NCBI GenBank assembly: GCA_018396955.1
Contig: JAGTQI010000001.1
Span: 6,467-70,466, forward strand
DNA length: 64,000 nucleotides
Source of the DNA: Candidatus Bathyarchaeota archaeon
GTDB taxonomy: Archaea; Thermoproteota; Bathyarchaeia; Bathyarchaeales; Bathycorpusculaceae
Direction: 5' to 3'
The notes beneath the pieces were generated by a model, which had not been told where the DNA came from, did no database searches, and worked only from the letters and a program-made list of their open reading frames with translations. Below, piece by piece: positions 35,072 to 43,671 of the stretch. The translations under genes were made by a program, and so were the position numbers. The first letter of the stretch is position 1, and the number at the start of each line of letters is the position of its first letter.

Positions 35072-35401
35072 GTGCCCGGCTTGAGTTCCCCTGGGAGGCT
35101 GATCCGCGAGCTTCCCCGCATGGCCCGAGACTTGACCGTGGCGAAAATTGACCTTGGAGTTGCAAGGCCTAACCCTGTTGAGCTAAATGAGCTTTCGCCA
35201 GCCGTTAGCCTAACGATATTTAGGCTTACCGGAACCATGGAGCTATACCTTCAAAGGGCCGATGAAAAGCGTAAGATCACTTTTGAACCTATTGCCTATC
35301 CGCAGATGTTCCTCATAGACTGGTTCAGGGTTGAGCATGTTTACGTTGCAAACGTGGCTCAGCCCGGGAAGGAAGCCGTCATAATCGCTTGGAAAAGCTG
35401 A
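35072..35401 (+). CDS. Hypothetical protein
   Basis: 109-aa ORF. Confidence 0.3.
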   Translation: MPGLSSPGRLIRELPRMARDLTVAKIDLGVARPNPVELNELSPAVSLTIFRLTGTMELYLQRADEKRKITFEPIAYPQMFLIDWFRVEHVYVANVAQPGKEAVIIAWKS

Positions 35402-35411
35402 GGGATGAACG

Positions 35412-35783
35412 GTGCCGGGCTTATTGTCTTATGGGGCTCCACCTCCATCGCCTCCAGCAGCCCTGGAAGTTGTCAAGGAGGGTGTTTTAACCGCTGACGG
35501 TACGGAGCAGGAGTTAGTTGCTGTTGCGGGTCTGGCGGAATATTATGGTTTAATCAGCCTTGACAGGATGACTGTTGGCGACAAGGTGGCTGTAAGCCTC
35601 TACGTGAAAATGACGGCGGAGGGCGAATGGAAACGCTACCGCCGAATGGAATACGCAGGCCCCCAGGAGGATCCTGTCCTCCATTTGCTGGTGAAGGTGG
35701 CGAGACACGGCTTTCGCGTGACGCTCCACCAGTTTGAAGGCGTACCCAAAACATTTGAATACTGCTTTTATAAAAAATTATAA
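35412..35783 (+). CDS. Hypothetical protein
   Basis: 123-aa ORF. Confidence 0.3.
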   Translation: MPGLLSYGAPPPSPPAALEVVKEGVLTADGTEQELVAVAGLAEYYGLISLDRMTVGDKVAVSLYVKMTAEGEWKRYRRMEYAGPQEDPVLHLLVKVARHGFRVTLHQFEGVPKTFEYCFYKKL

Positions 35784-35793
35784 AGGGAAGCAT

Positions 35794-36078
35794 ATGCCTG
35801 AATACCCAACCTTCACCGAGATAAAAACCGTTGTGATGCCCATAGGCGTTTGGGTTTCCGAAGGGTTGCCGCTTAACGCCAAGCCCGCATATATTACGCC
35901 CATAGACGTAAGAGATGTGAAGGAGTTAACCCTGCAACCAACGTATATTACGCCGACAGATACGAAGGACGTGGAAGCGCTTACGCTACAACCCACATAC
36001 TCAGTTTCTGTTGACTTGGAAGACGCGAAAGTGTTGTCCGCAGCCCCAACATACACGTATACCGTTAAGGTGAGCTAG
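35794..36078 (+). CDS. Small protein with tandem peptide repeats
   Basis: AYITPIDVRDVKELTLQPTY / ITPTDTKDVEALTLQPTY / SVSVDLEDAKVLSAAPTY. Start set at ATG 35794. Confidence 0.35.
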   Translation: MPEYPTFTEIKTVVMPIGVWVSEGLPLNAKPAYITPIDVRDVKELTLQPTYITPTDTKDVEALTLQPTYSVSVDLEDAKVLSAAPTYTYTVKVS

Positions 36079-36079
36079 C

Positions 36080-36640
36080 ATGACTGTAAAAATAAACGTT
36101 GAGTACGAGGTTAAAGTGATAGACAAAACAGGCAAAATTGTTAAGACAGTTAAAGGGAGAAGCAGAACCTTCAACATGAACTTCGCAAGGCTGTTGGGCT
36201 TACTCTTCCAGAGAGGTGATGTAGGCGCAAGCATTTCAGCCACAGACATAGGCGGAGTGGGGAGAACATTTGCCAACAACACTTCAGCCAATCCCCTCAA
36301 TGTCAGCACCTCCGCAGGTAACAAGCTGAGGCTCCACATAGGGTCAAGCAATGCGCCATTCGACAGGTCCCATTACGAAATGCAAGCTTTAATCGCCACG
36401 TTCGACTATTCAACATGGAGCCTAACAGATGACGGCACAAAAGTTAAAGTGGACATTTCGGGAAGCTGGATCAACCCTGGAGCGGCAGTAACCGTGAGGG
36501 AGATAGGCTTTGATGTGGTTTACTACGACACCAGCGCCTATTTAAGGAGGGTTCTGCTCGCCAGAGACGTCATTCCAGACACCATTGTAGACACTGGCAG
36601 GACAATAGCGGTTGCTTACTCCATAACAATACCCTTCTAG
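36080..36640 (+). CDS. Putative structural protein (beta-rich)
   Basis: 186-aa ORF starting 2 nt after the previous stop. Confidence 0.3.
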   Translation: MTVKINVEYEVKVIDKTGKIVKTVKGRSRTFNMNFARLLGLLFQRGDVGASISATDIGGVGRTFANNTSANPLNVSTSAGNKLRLHIGSSNAPFDRSHYEMQALIATFDYSTWSLTDDGTKVKVDISGSWINPGAAVTVREIGFDVVYYDTSAYLRRVLLARDVIPDTIVDTGRTIAVAYSITIPF

Positions 36641-36655
36641 AAGGATTGAGCAAGC

Positions 36656-36778
36656 ATGAGCACACCAACAGAGATTAAATGCTCCAAATGCGGCAAAACA
36701 AACGCAAGAATCGCCAAATTCACAACTGGAACAAGCGGAGAAGAATACATCTGCGAAGAATGCGCCAAAACACGTTAA
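36656..36778 (+). CDS. Zinc-ribbon mini-protein, 40 aa, not in the ORF track
   Basis: MSTPTEIKCSKCGKTNARIAKFTTGTSGEEYICEECAKTR (CxxC..CxxC). Confidence 0.35.
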   Translation: MSTPTEIKCSKCGKTNARIAKFTTGTSGEEYICEECAKTR

Positions 36779-36981
36779 ATAAGCATCTTCCAAACTGTGA
36801 GGATAATAGTCAGAACTACGGTGACCAGAACAGCCCACAAACGATTATCCAAACTTTTAACTCTGTCCTTTATGTCCGCCAAAACATTATCCACACCGTC
36901 CAATCGAGCCTCAACCCTGGCTAAACGCTCTCGAATTTCCGCCACTAACGGGTTATCCTCTTTGTTGCCCATTGTAAGCAC
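36775..36981 (-). CDS. XhlA-like protein (coiled coil plus C-terminal TM helix)
   Basis: IRERLARVEARLDGVDNVLADIKDRVKSLDNRLWAVLVTVVLTIILTVW. Confidence 0.4.
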   Translation of the reverse strand: MLTMGNKEDNPLVAEIRERLARVEARLDGVDNVLADIKDRVKSLDNRLWAVLVTVVLTIILTVWKMLI

Positions 36982-36985
36982 GAAC

Positions 36986-37264
36986 CTATTCTTTCCCCTT
37001 TAACAGCTTTGAGGCGGTTCTCACAACGTCAAGAACAGCCGTTACGGCAACGGCTCCCTCAACGCCAAACCCCGGATACTGGCTTATCAACACGAGGAAG
37101 GTTTCCCACCACATGAGGGTTTCACCAAACCTGCCAACGTCAAACTTTTCCATGCTGTTCCTAAACCTGTTGCCCAAGTAGCCTAAAACGACCCTGAGGA
37201 CAGCTATGACAAAAGCCAGCAGAACTGGGTTCTCAACAGCGGCTAACGTGAGGTTTTCAAACAT
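36986..37264 (-). CDS. Holin-like small membrane protein
   Basis: 92 aa, two or three TM segments, charged C-terminus (SKLLKGKE). Adjacent to the XhlA-like gene. Confidence 0.35.
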   Translation of the reverse strand: MFENLTLAAVENPVLLAFVIAVLRVVLGYLGNRFRNSMEKFDVGRFGETLMWWETFLVLISQYPGFGVEGAVAVTAVLDVVRTASKLLKGKE

Positions 37265-37451
37265 TTCAAATCAAATAAAATTTAAATAAAGGTATTTTAA
37301 AAACTTTACAGTAGGGAATGATGAAAACACACGCCGAAAATGAAACTCTCCTTTCTCCCCTCTGCAGCATTCTGGAAAATGAGCTGACCCTTGGTTTTGC
37401 TAGAGTTTACGTATGTATATGATGAACAGTAAATAATAAATAGTTAATAAA

Positions 37452-37481
37452 TAGTATAGTATAGTAATATAGTATAGTATA
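37452..37481. repeat. AT-rich direct repeat tagtatagtata x2 in a divergent intergenic region
   Basis: Copies at 37452-37463 and 37470-37481 within an AT-rich spacer of about 250 nt. Confidence 0.5.
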
Positions 37482-37513
37482 CTTATTAAATTTGTTTAAG
37501 AGGTGACCAAGGG

Positions 37514-37888
37514 TTGACGAGGCTTCCCAACGTGAACGTTGGGAAATCCCTGACGGTTCACGCTAAAACGCCTGAAGAAGAGGAGAAAATCCGCGCTTTT
37601 AAAGAGCTTCATTCCCGTAACCCTGACTTGACTATCCACGACACCATAATGGAATGTGTCCGCCAATTTCTTGCGAAGCATAACTATCCGCCGGGAAACA
37701 GTCAAACTGTCTTAACCGCGTTCGTTGGCCAGCCAGTTGAAAAATGTTTTCGATGCGGGAACACTTTTCATTCTCTAATTAAAGTCCAGTTTGTCAGCGG
37801 GTTGCGGGCTGGCTTATGCCGAAAATGTTTCGAGATGGAAAAGGCGAAAGGCCCTTATTGCACGATAAAAAAGGTTTTGGGAGGTTGA
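37514..37888 (+). CDS. Hypothetical protein with C-terminal CxxC..CxxC
   Basis: 124-aa ORF; CFRCG ... CRKCF. Confidence 0.35.
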   Translation: MTRLPNVNVGKSLTVHAKTPEEEEKIRAFKELHSRNPDLTIHDTIMECVRQFLAKHNYPPGNSQTVLTAFVGQPVEKCFRCGNTFHSLIKVQFVSGLRAGLCRKCFEMEKAKGPYCTIKKVLGG

Positions 37889-37895
37889 TAGCCGA

Positions 37896-38318
37896 ATGAA
37901 ATGTTTCTTTTGTGGAGAAGAAAACGAGATAGTTCTCGAAAATCATCATTTAGTCCCTCGACGATTAAACGAGGCGATGTTCCCCAAGAGTGCGGCCAAA
38001 ACCATAGCTTTATGTCGAAACTGTCACAGAAAACTCCATCATATTTTGAACCCGCTGATTGGCAATTACATTAAGATAACTAAAGTATCAGAGGTTAACG
38101 TAAAGAAACCGGAACGTGTCAAATGGCAAAGAGCAACGCAAAAATTCCTTTCCGCCCTAACTGAACTTGAAGAAAACATGGGTTCTGTTCCCAAAGAGAA
38201 ATTGTTCAGCGTTTTGGGCCCAAAAGTTGAAGGGGTTGAAACAGAAAAAGTGATGGAGAGCTTACTCAGGGAAGGCGCAATATACATGCCGCGGATGGGG
38301 TTCTTACGGAAGACATAA
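37896..38318 (+). CDS. HNH endonuclease
   Basis: CFFCGEENEIVLENHHLVPR....CRNCHRKLHH. Confidence 0.7.
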   Translation: MKCFFCGEENEIVLENHHLVPRRLNEAMFPKSAAKTIALCRNCHRKLHHILNPLIGNYIKITKVSEVNVKKPERVKWQRATQKFLSALTELEENMGSVPKEKLFSVLGPKVEGVETEKVMESLLREGAIYMPRMGFLRKT

Positions 38319-38441
38319 AATGGCTGAACAACTTTGTTATGCTTCAACTGTTCAAATGGATTGCCGGAGAGCTTTACGAAGTTATATGAAAGCGACGGAT
38401 TGCAATAAACGTTAACTTCCTACGCCAACTTTAGGCGCAAT

Positions 38442-39272
38442 TTATTCTCCCACTATGCTTTTAACATGGTCGATAATAACCTTTTTCGCGTATTCAGCCA
38501 CGTCCATGCCCCTCTCCTGGGCCAGCCTCTGCAAAGCCTCATAGTATCTGCGTTCCTCCTCGCTTCTCTTGTCAAAAATAGACCTAACCACAATGTATAC
38601 GCCCGCAGGGATTCCCCTCTTTCCTTTTCCAGCCATAAGCCTCGCCAACGCGCGCTTAAAAGCTTCAACGCCCTGCTTTTCCGCAGCCTCAGCCAGCTCA
38701 GCCTGCTCTTTACCGCTTAATCCAAGCCTGGCAACTGCAAGCGCATCCCTAAATGGAATCACACCCTTTTGAATGGCGTTTTGCATTTCAGGGCTGAGTT
38801 CAAGGATTTTGAGGTACTCGCTTAAAGTGCTGTGGGAAATGCCCCAAGCCCTCGCAAGCCCGCGCAGCCCTGTCGGCAGCCTATCTAAATAAGCCTTTAT
38901 GGCTTTAGCCCTCGTTACAGGATCGGGCGTCTTGTGGAACTCTTCAAGGTTCTCTTTAAGGCTGGCGTCCAAAGCCTCCTCATCGCTCATCTCCTCAATC
39001 CAAACATGCTGCCCGACAACGGCTTCCTTAACGCCAGCCGCTTTAAGGGCTAAGAAGCGCCTGCGTCCAACAACGACGCCGTAACCTTCACCTTCAGGCC
39101 TAGCCTTGAAGGGCTGGACAACAGAGGAGCGGCGGAAATGCTCCACCAGCATTTTATCCTCCTCGCTTTCTCCGAAGGGCTCGTCAACCCTCATGTTCAT
39201 CTTGCTGACAAAGAACTTTTCAATGGGGATTTTATCGCCTACTTTGGGCAGAGCGCGCTTCATTATTTTCAC
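38442..39272 (-). CDS. ParB-like N-terminal domain protein with HTH
   Basis: VVVGRRRFLALKAAG (ParB GxRRxxA box), HSTLSEYLKIL HTH. Confidence 0.7.
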   Translation of the reverse strand: MKIMKRALPKVGDKIPIEKFFVSKMNMRVDEPFGESEEDKMLVEHFRRSSVVQPFKARPEGEGYGVVVGRRRFLALKAAGVKEAVVGQHVWIEEMSDEEALDASLKENLEEFHKTPDPVTRAKAIKAYLDRLPTGLRGLARAWGISHSTLSEYLKILELSPEMQNAIQKGVIPFRDALAVARLGLSGKEQAELAEAAEKQGVEAFKRALARLMAGKGKRGIPAGVYIVVRSIFDKRSEEERRYYEALQRLAQERGMDVAEYAKKVIIDHVKSIVGE

Positions 39273-39371
39273 CAGCCACCTATTATTATAGATTTAGCTA
39301 TAAAAATTTTGTGTCAAAAAAGCACGGAGAGTGTTCGACAGTCGACCACCGTGGCGCATAAACAATAAAAT

Positions 39372-39394
39372 TTATATGGCTAAAAACCACAAAA
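39372..39394 (+). promoter_or_regulatory. Conserved TATA-box plus operator-like motif, copy 2
   Basis: ttatatggctaaaaaccacaaaa matches 9311-9333 at 22 of 23 positions. Lies about 40 nt upstream of ATG 39417. Confidence 0.45.
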
Positions 39395-39416
39395 TGTTGC
39401 TTTAAGTGGCATACAA

Positions 39417-39752
39417 ATGTCCAAGAAGACAAACGAGCTTCAACCGGTACTGGAGAAAGAGCTCCAAAGATTAACAGCAAAGCTTGGGCTTAACTTGGAT
39501 CTTAAAGTTGTCTGGGTGCATAACAAAGCAGCCGGCCTATCCGGCGAAGTTAAAGAAGGCTCCATATACATTTACGAAGTCGAGGAGGAAAAAGCCATAC
39601 AAACTCTCAAACATGAATTGATAGATTACATGATAACATCCAGGATTGTTAGGCCCTTAGTCAGCCTGGTGAACATGCTGATAAAGGCTAGAGAGGCTGA
39701 AATCTACGAAGAAAAGGAGAAGCTTGTTGAAATCTTCTCAAAAATCATTTGA
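39417..39752 (+). CDS. Hypothetical protein (last gene of the GC-richer element)
   Basis: 111-aa ORF downstream of the conserved promoter-like motif. Confidence 0.35.
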   Translation: MSKKTNELQPVLEKELQRLTAKLGLNLDLKVVWVHNKAAGLSGEVKEGSIYIYEVEEEKAIQTLKHELIDYMITSRIVRPLVSLVNMLIKAREAEIYEEKEKLVEIFSKII

Positions 39753-40182
39753 CACCAATAGTCCTACGTGTTTAGGATAATTGTTCGGTTACACGTTACT
39801 AACATTTATGAAAGGCTTTTCGCCTACACTGAAACCTAAAAAGCTAGCCAGTTAAGCGTCAATGCCCAGAAAGCCAATTTGGCTTATCGCCGTATAAACG
39901 TTTATACTTAATTTCGCATCCCTTATTCTGGCTAACTTCAGGCTACAAACACCATTCGAACGCAAGCCCACTTCTTTGGCAGTCAAAACACGGCCGAGTT
40001 AGAACGCAGTCGAAGAAACCAGTTCAGTCACTACACCAGCGAGCCTCCCCCGAACACTACGCTTTCATAAAGAGAATAATGATGTAAGTCTAGGCATCTG
40101 TGGTATCATCATTTAATTTGGACAGTATTTTAGTTTTTAGCTGCATGGCTTTACGTTTAAGCTCTAGTAATGTTTCGCCGCC

Positions 40183-40995
40183 ATGCTTTTTGCTTCTACC
40201 TTGCGTGAGAGGAAATCTTATTTAGCCTATGTAAAACATTTAATGAAGAGTTCTGGAGGGAAAGGAATGGGAGAAGACACCTACATTTTGGATATCTTTA
40301 GCGCTATGAAAAAGAATTTAGAATTTTTAAAGCAAAATGCTGAACGCTTTTACGATGAGATACTTGAGTTAGTTAACGATCCCATTAAATGTCTCGAGGA
40401 TATTGCGGATGCATTCGGAATAAAAGTGGATAAAAAGGACTTCAACGATGTGATCAGAGCCGCCGAGACCGACTTCATGATCTTCTACATACATAACGTA
40501 CTCTATCCAACAACCATTTCTGCACATATCAACATTCTTATCGGTAATCTTCCAGGCTTCTGTAGGGATTTAAGATTTTTAATAGAGTCCTTAGCTAAAA
40601 GCTACTGGGCTGATATTAAGCATGCCGGTAAACATCTTTTCGAAAAATGGAAGATTATTGATGAGAGCAAGATGCGTGATCATGAATTTGTTAAAGAATT
40701 AGACCGGGAATTAGGAATGAAGCGCGCTACTAAATTGTGGGGCAAGCTATCCGAAGAAATACATTTTAAAGGCTATATCAAGAGAGTTGAAAAAAGCTTT
40801 TCCACAATCGGTATGCCACCCTCTTGGGCATTAACAATCCCTTGTGAATATTGGGAGGGGGATATGGATGAGATATTCGAGACATTTAAAGGCTATCACG
40901 AATTCGTATGCGAATTCAGAGAAATTTTCCAGATCATCTGGAAAAAATACATAGAAAAATTAAAAAATAACAGTCAACTGCAACTTTCCACTTAA
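40183..40995 (+). CDS. Hypothetical helical protein
   Basis: 270-aa ORF in the AT-rich segment; start uncertain (internal Met at about 40264). Confidence 0.3.
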   Translation: MLFASTLRERKSYLAYVKHLMKSSGGKGMGEDTYILDIFSAMKKNLEFLKQNAERFYDEILELVNDPIKCLEDIADAFGIKVDKKDFNDVIRAAETDFMIFYIHNVLYPTTISAHINILIGNLPGFCRDLRFLIESLAKSYWADIKHAGKHLFEKWKIIDESKMRDHEFVKELDRELGMKRATKLWGKLSEEIHFKGYIKRVEKSFSTIGMPPSWALTIPCEYWEGDMDEIFETFKGYHEFVCEFREIFQIIWKKYIEKLKNNSQLQLST

Positions 40996-41550
40996 AATTA
41001 ACATATAAGACAAAAAACCACCCTTTAAAAAGAGTATCCATGCAAATAAACATTCATTAAACTTTCGGCTAATCATGTTATTTCTGTGCATTTCTCTAAA
41101 GATGTTAGGCAAAAGAAATATTGCATCTGTTCCGTTTGTGTTGCTGGCTGGAAATTTTCAATAACATTAAAGCTAATGGGCTTTCTTAGCGCGATTAATT
41201 AATCGTCTGTCTTCAACGTTTTCGGCAGACAGTTCATAAAAGCTAATTTTTCTTATACATAATACAACTAAAACAAAGTCGAAACCAAAAGGAACAAGAT
41301 GTTCCTTTAAACGTTACTAATAGAATAAACATTGAAACGTCCTTAAACATCTTAAAATTAAGCCAAAACCTTTGGAAATAGGATATAAAGTATGCGCCCT
41401 AAAATGCTCTAGTTTTCAAAATGTTGGAAGGTAAATGTTGCAGTGTAAGAAATTGGCTATTGTTGTAGGGAGCAATGCAAAAGTTTGAGTGAATAAAATA
41501 AAAAAAACATTTAAACAATATGATTAGCATCTAAATTTGAGTTGGTGCCT

Positions 41551-42405
41551 ATGAAATTTAGAGTTGCGTGTTTACAGATGGAAACCGAGTTGGGAAACAA
41601 GGAGGCAAATCTTTCAAAAATGATGGACATGATAGATAAAGTTGCCAAACAAAATGTAAAATTAGCGGTTTTCCCAGAACTTTCTCTCACTGGATTTAAT
41701 TGTGGTGAGAGTTTTTTGGAGTTAAGCGAACCTATTCCTGGGCCAACAACGAAGGTTCTTTGTGAAAAGGCAAAAGAAAATGAAATATTTATAGTTGCTG
41801 GACTACCAGAGAAGGGAGATATACCCGGGGTTCTCTATAACTCGGTGGTACTTATAGATTCTAAAGGGACAATAGTTGGTAAGTATAGAAAAACTCATTT
41901 AGCTCTATATTTACATTGGGAGATAATAAGCGAGGAGCCAGAAATATTTCGCAGAGGGAACGAGCTTTCTGTATTTAAAACGGAACTAGGTTCTATAGGA
42001 ATGCTTATTTGTCAAGATAGTGATTTTCCTGAGACTTGGAGAACCCTTGCATTGAAAGGCGCTGAAATTGTCACGTTTTCAAGTGCTTCACCAACGAGCT
42101 TTAGGTACATGTGGTATAATGAACTTACTGCCATGGCCTTCCAGAATGGTTTTTATGTTATAGCTACAAATAAGGTTGGAAAGGAGACGTTTGATTTTCA
42201 AGGTAAGAAGGTTGTGGAGGAAGCTTTTGGAGGAAGTCTTATAATTGACCCCTTAGGACGAATAGTTCAAAAGGCTAAGGAATTTGAAGAAGACATCATA
42301 GTAGCTGAGATAGACACCGATGAGGTTGTTAAAGCCCGTTGGGCTACTAAATTATTGAGGGATCGAAGACCGGAACTTTATAAAATAATTTGTGAAATGG
42401 AATAG
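41551..42405 (+). CDS. Carbon-nitrogen hydrolase (nitrilase superfamily)
   Basis: FPELSLTGF (Glu), YRKTHL (Lys), GMLICQDSDFPE (Cys): the E-K-C triad in canonical spacing. Confidence 0.8.
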   Translation: MKFRVACLQMETELGNKEANLSKMMDMIDKVAKQNVKLAVFPELSLTGFNCGESFLELSEPIPGPTTKVLCEKAKENEIFIVAGLPEKGDIPGVLYNSVVLIDSKGTIVGKYRKTHLALYLHWEIISEEPEIFRRGNELSVFKTELGSIGMLICQDSDFPETWRTLALKGAEIVTFSSASPTSFRYMWYNELTAMAFQNGFYVIATNKVGKETFDFQGKKVVEEAFGGSLIIDPLGRIVQKAKEFEEDIIVAEIDTDEVVKARWATKLLRDRRPELYKIICEME

Positions 42406-42416
42406 GCGAAAAGTTC

Positions 42417-43565
42417 ATGGAAATTAAAGAGATCAGAGTCTTCAAAATGAACCTCGCATTGAACGAGTCCTTCTCGATATCTTTTAAAACCTATACTCAG
42501 GCGCAAAACGTGCTTGTGATTATAGAGACAGATGAAGGAATAGAAGGTTATGGAGAGGGATCTCCTGATAAATCAATAACTGGCGATTCTCAAGAGGAGG
42601 CGTTATCATTTCTTAGAGTTGTTGCAAAGCGACTTGTAGGTAAACCTGTTGATATAGATTTGATCCATGAAAATTTGAAAACTATTGAGAGTAATCTAGG
42701 TTTTAAAAGTCAAACAGGGAAAGCAGCGATCGACATGGCTTGTTACGACATAATTGGTAAAAAATTGGAAAAACCTGTTTATAGGATTCTCGGTTTGGCA
42801 AAACCAAACCTTGTACCGACAAGCTTGACTATTGGCATTAAGACGCTTGAAGAAACTGTCAGGTCTGCTAGAAAATATATGGAAGCGTTTGAAAAAAACG
42901 GCCTCAAACGTATAAAACTTAAATTATCTGGGAATCCCGAAGAAGACATACGTAGGGTTATGAAATTATCAGAGGTATTTCCCGGAGAAATTACCTTAGA
43001 TGCAAACCAGGGGTATAAAAATCCAGAGGTAGCCGTTAAAGTTTTTAATAAACTTTATAAGTCAATAGGCTCTCGCATTCTTTTTGTAGAAGAACCGTGT
43101 CCAAAAGGAGATTTAGCAATGATGAAATACGTTAATGATAATTCCCCTATTCCTGTAATTGCTGATGAAAGCGTCACATCTATTGAAGATGCTGAGAAGG
43201 TAATTCGGCAGAAAAGCGCTTCAGGAATAAATATTAAACTTCAAAAGTCTGGAGGAATTTATTACGCTTCAATAATTGCTAAGTTAGCTGGTGAGAAAGG
43301 ATTTAAATTAATGGTGGGATGCAATGAGGAAACCCACCTCGCGATTTCTGCTTCTGTAAATTTTGTGGCAGGCACTCCATATATTTCGAGCGCAGACTTA
43401 GACAGTGATATTTTATTAAATCTTAACATAACAAACGAAAATCCCGTAGACTCATTTAAAGAAGGATGTAGGGTACCGGCTGAAAAACCAGGACTTGGGG
43501 TAAGAATTGCTGATTGGCTAAAGGCAATAATAAATGGGCAAATATTTTTGGCTCCGATGGCTTAA
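42417..43565 (+). CDS. Enolase-superfamily enzyme (dipeptide epimerase / muconate-cycloisomerase-like)
   Basis: N-terminal capping domain ..GYGEGSP.., KLKLSG, TLDANQGY, FVEEP, ADES metal-ligand pattern. Confidence 0.7.
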   Translation: MEIKEIRVFKMNLALNESFSISFKTYTQAQNVLVIIETDEGIEGYGEGSPDKSITGDSQEEALSFLRVVAKRLVGKPVDIDLIHENLKTIESNLGFKSQTGKAAIDMACYDIIGKKLEKPVYRILGLAKPNLVPTSLTIGIKTLEETVRSARKYMEAFEKNGLKRIKLKLSGNPEEDIRRVMKLSEVFPGEITLDANQGYKNPEVAVKVFNKLYKSIGSRILFVEEPCPKGDLAMMKYVNDNSPIPVIADESVTSIEDAEKVIRQKSASGINIKLQKSGGIYYASIIAKLAGEKGFKLMVGCNEETHLAISASVNFVAGTPYISSADLDSDILLNLNITNENPVDSFKEGCRVPAEKPGLGVRIADWLKAIINGQIFLAPMA

Positions 43566-43671
43566 TAGACGTGATGTCTATTTACCGCGTTCCTTTAGGC
43601 GTTATCACCATTAAACTTATTAGTATCTTAATCTCAAAAATTGAATTTAAATTTAATTAGAAGGGGAAAAT

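Noticed and set aside
34504-35238. 244-aa minus-strand ORF
   Set aside because: Ser/Ala/Thr-rich low-complexity translation lying antisense to three consecutive, tightly spaced + strand genes with SDs. This is a typical shadow ORF of GC-richer coding DNA.
37430-37490. Short AT-rich repeats considered as a CRISPR-like array
   Set aside because: There are only two 12-nt copies, the spacer is not unique-sequence-like, and there is no cas gene. No CRISPR array was seen anywhere in the window.
39941-40050. Possible tRNA or tRNA fragment on the minus strand (GTTCGAAT T-loop-like and GGTGTAGT D-loop-like strings), considered as an internal att site
   Set aside because: No T-stem, acceptor stem or anticodon arm can be paired around these strings, and there is no match to the tRNA-Ala 3' end.
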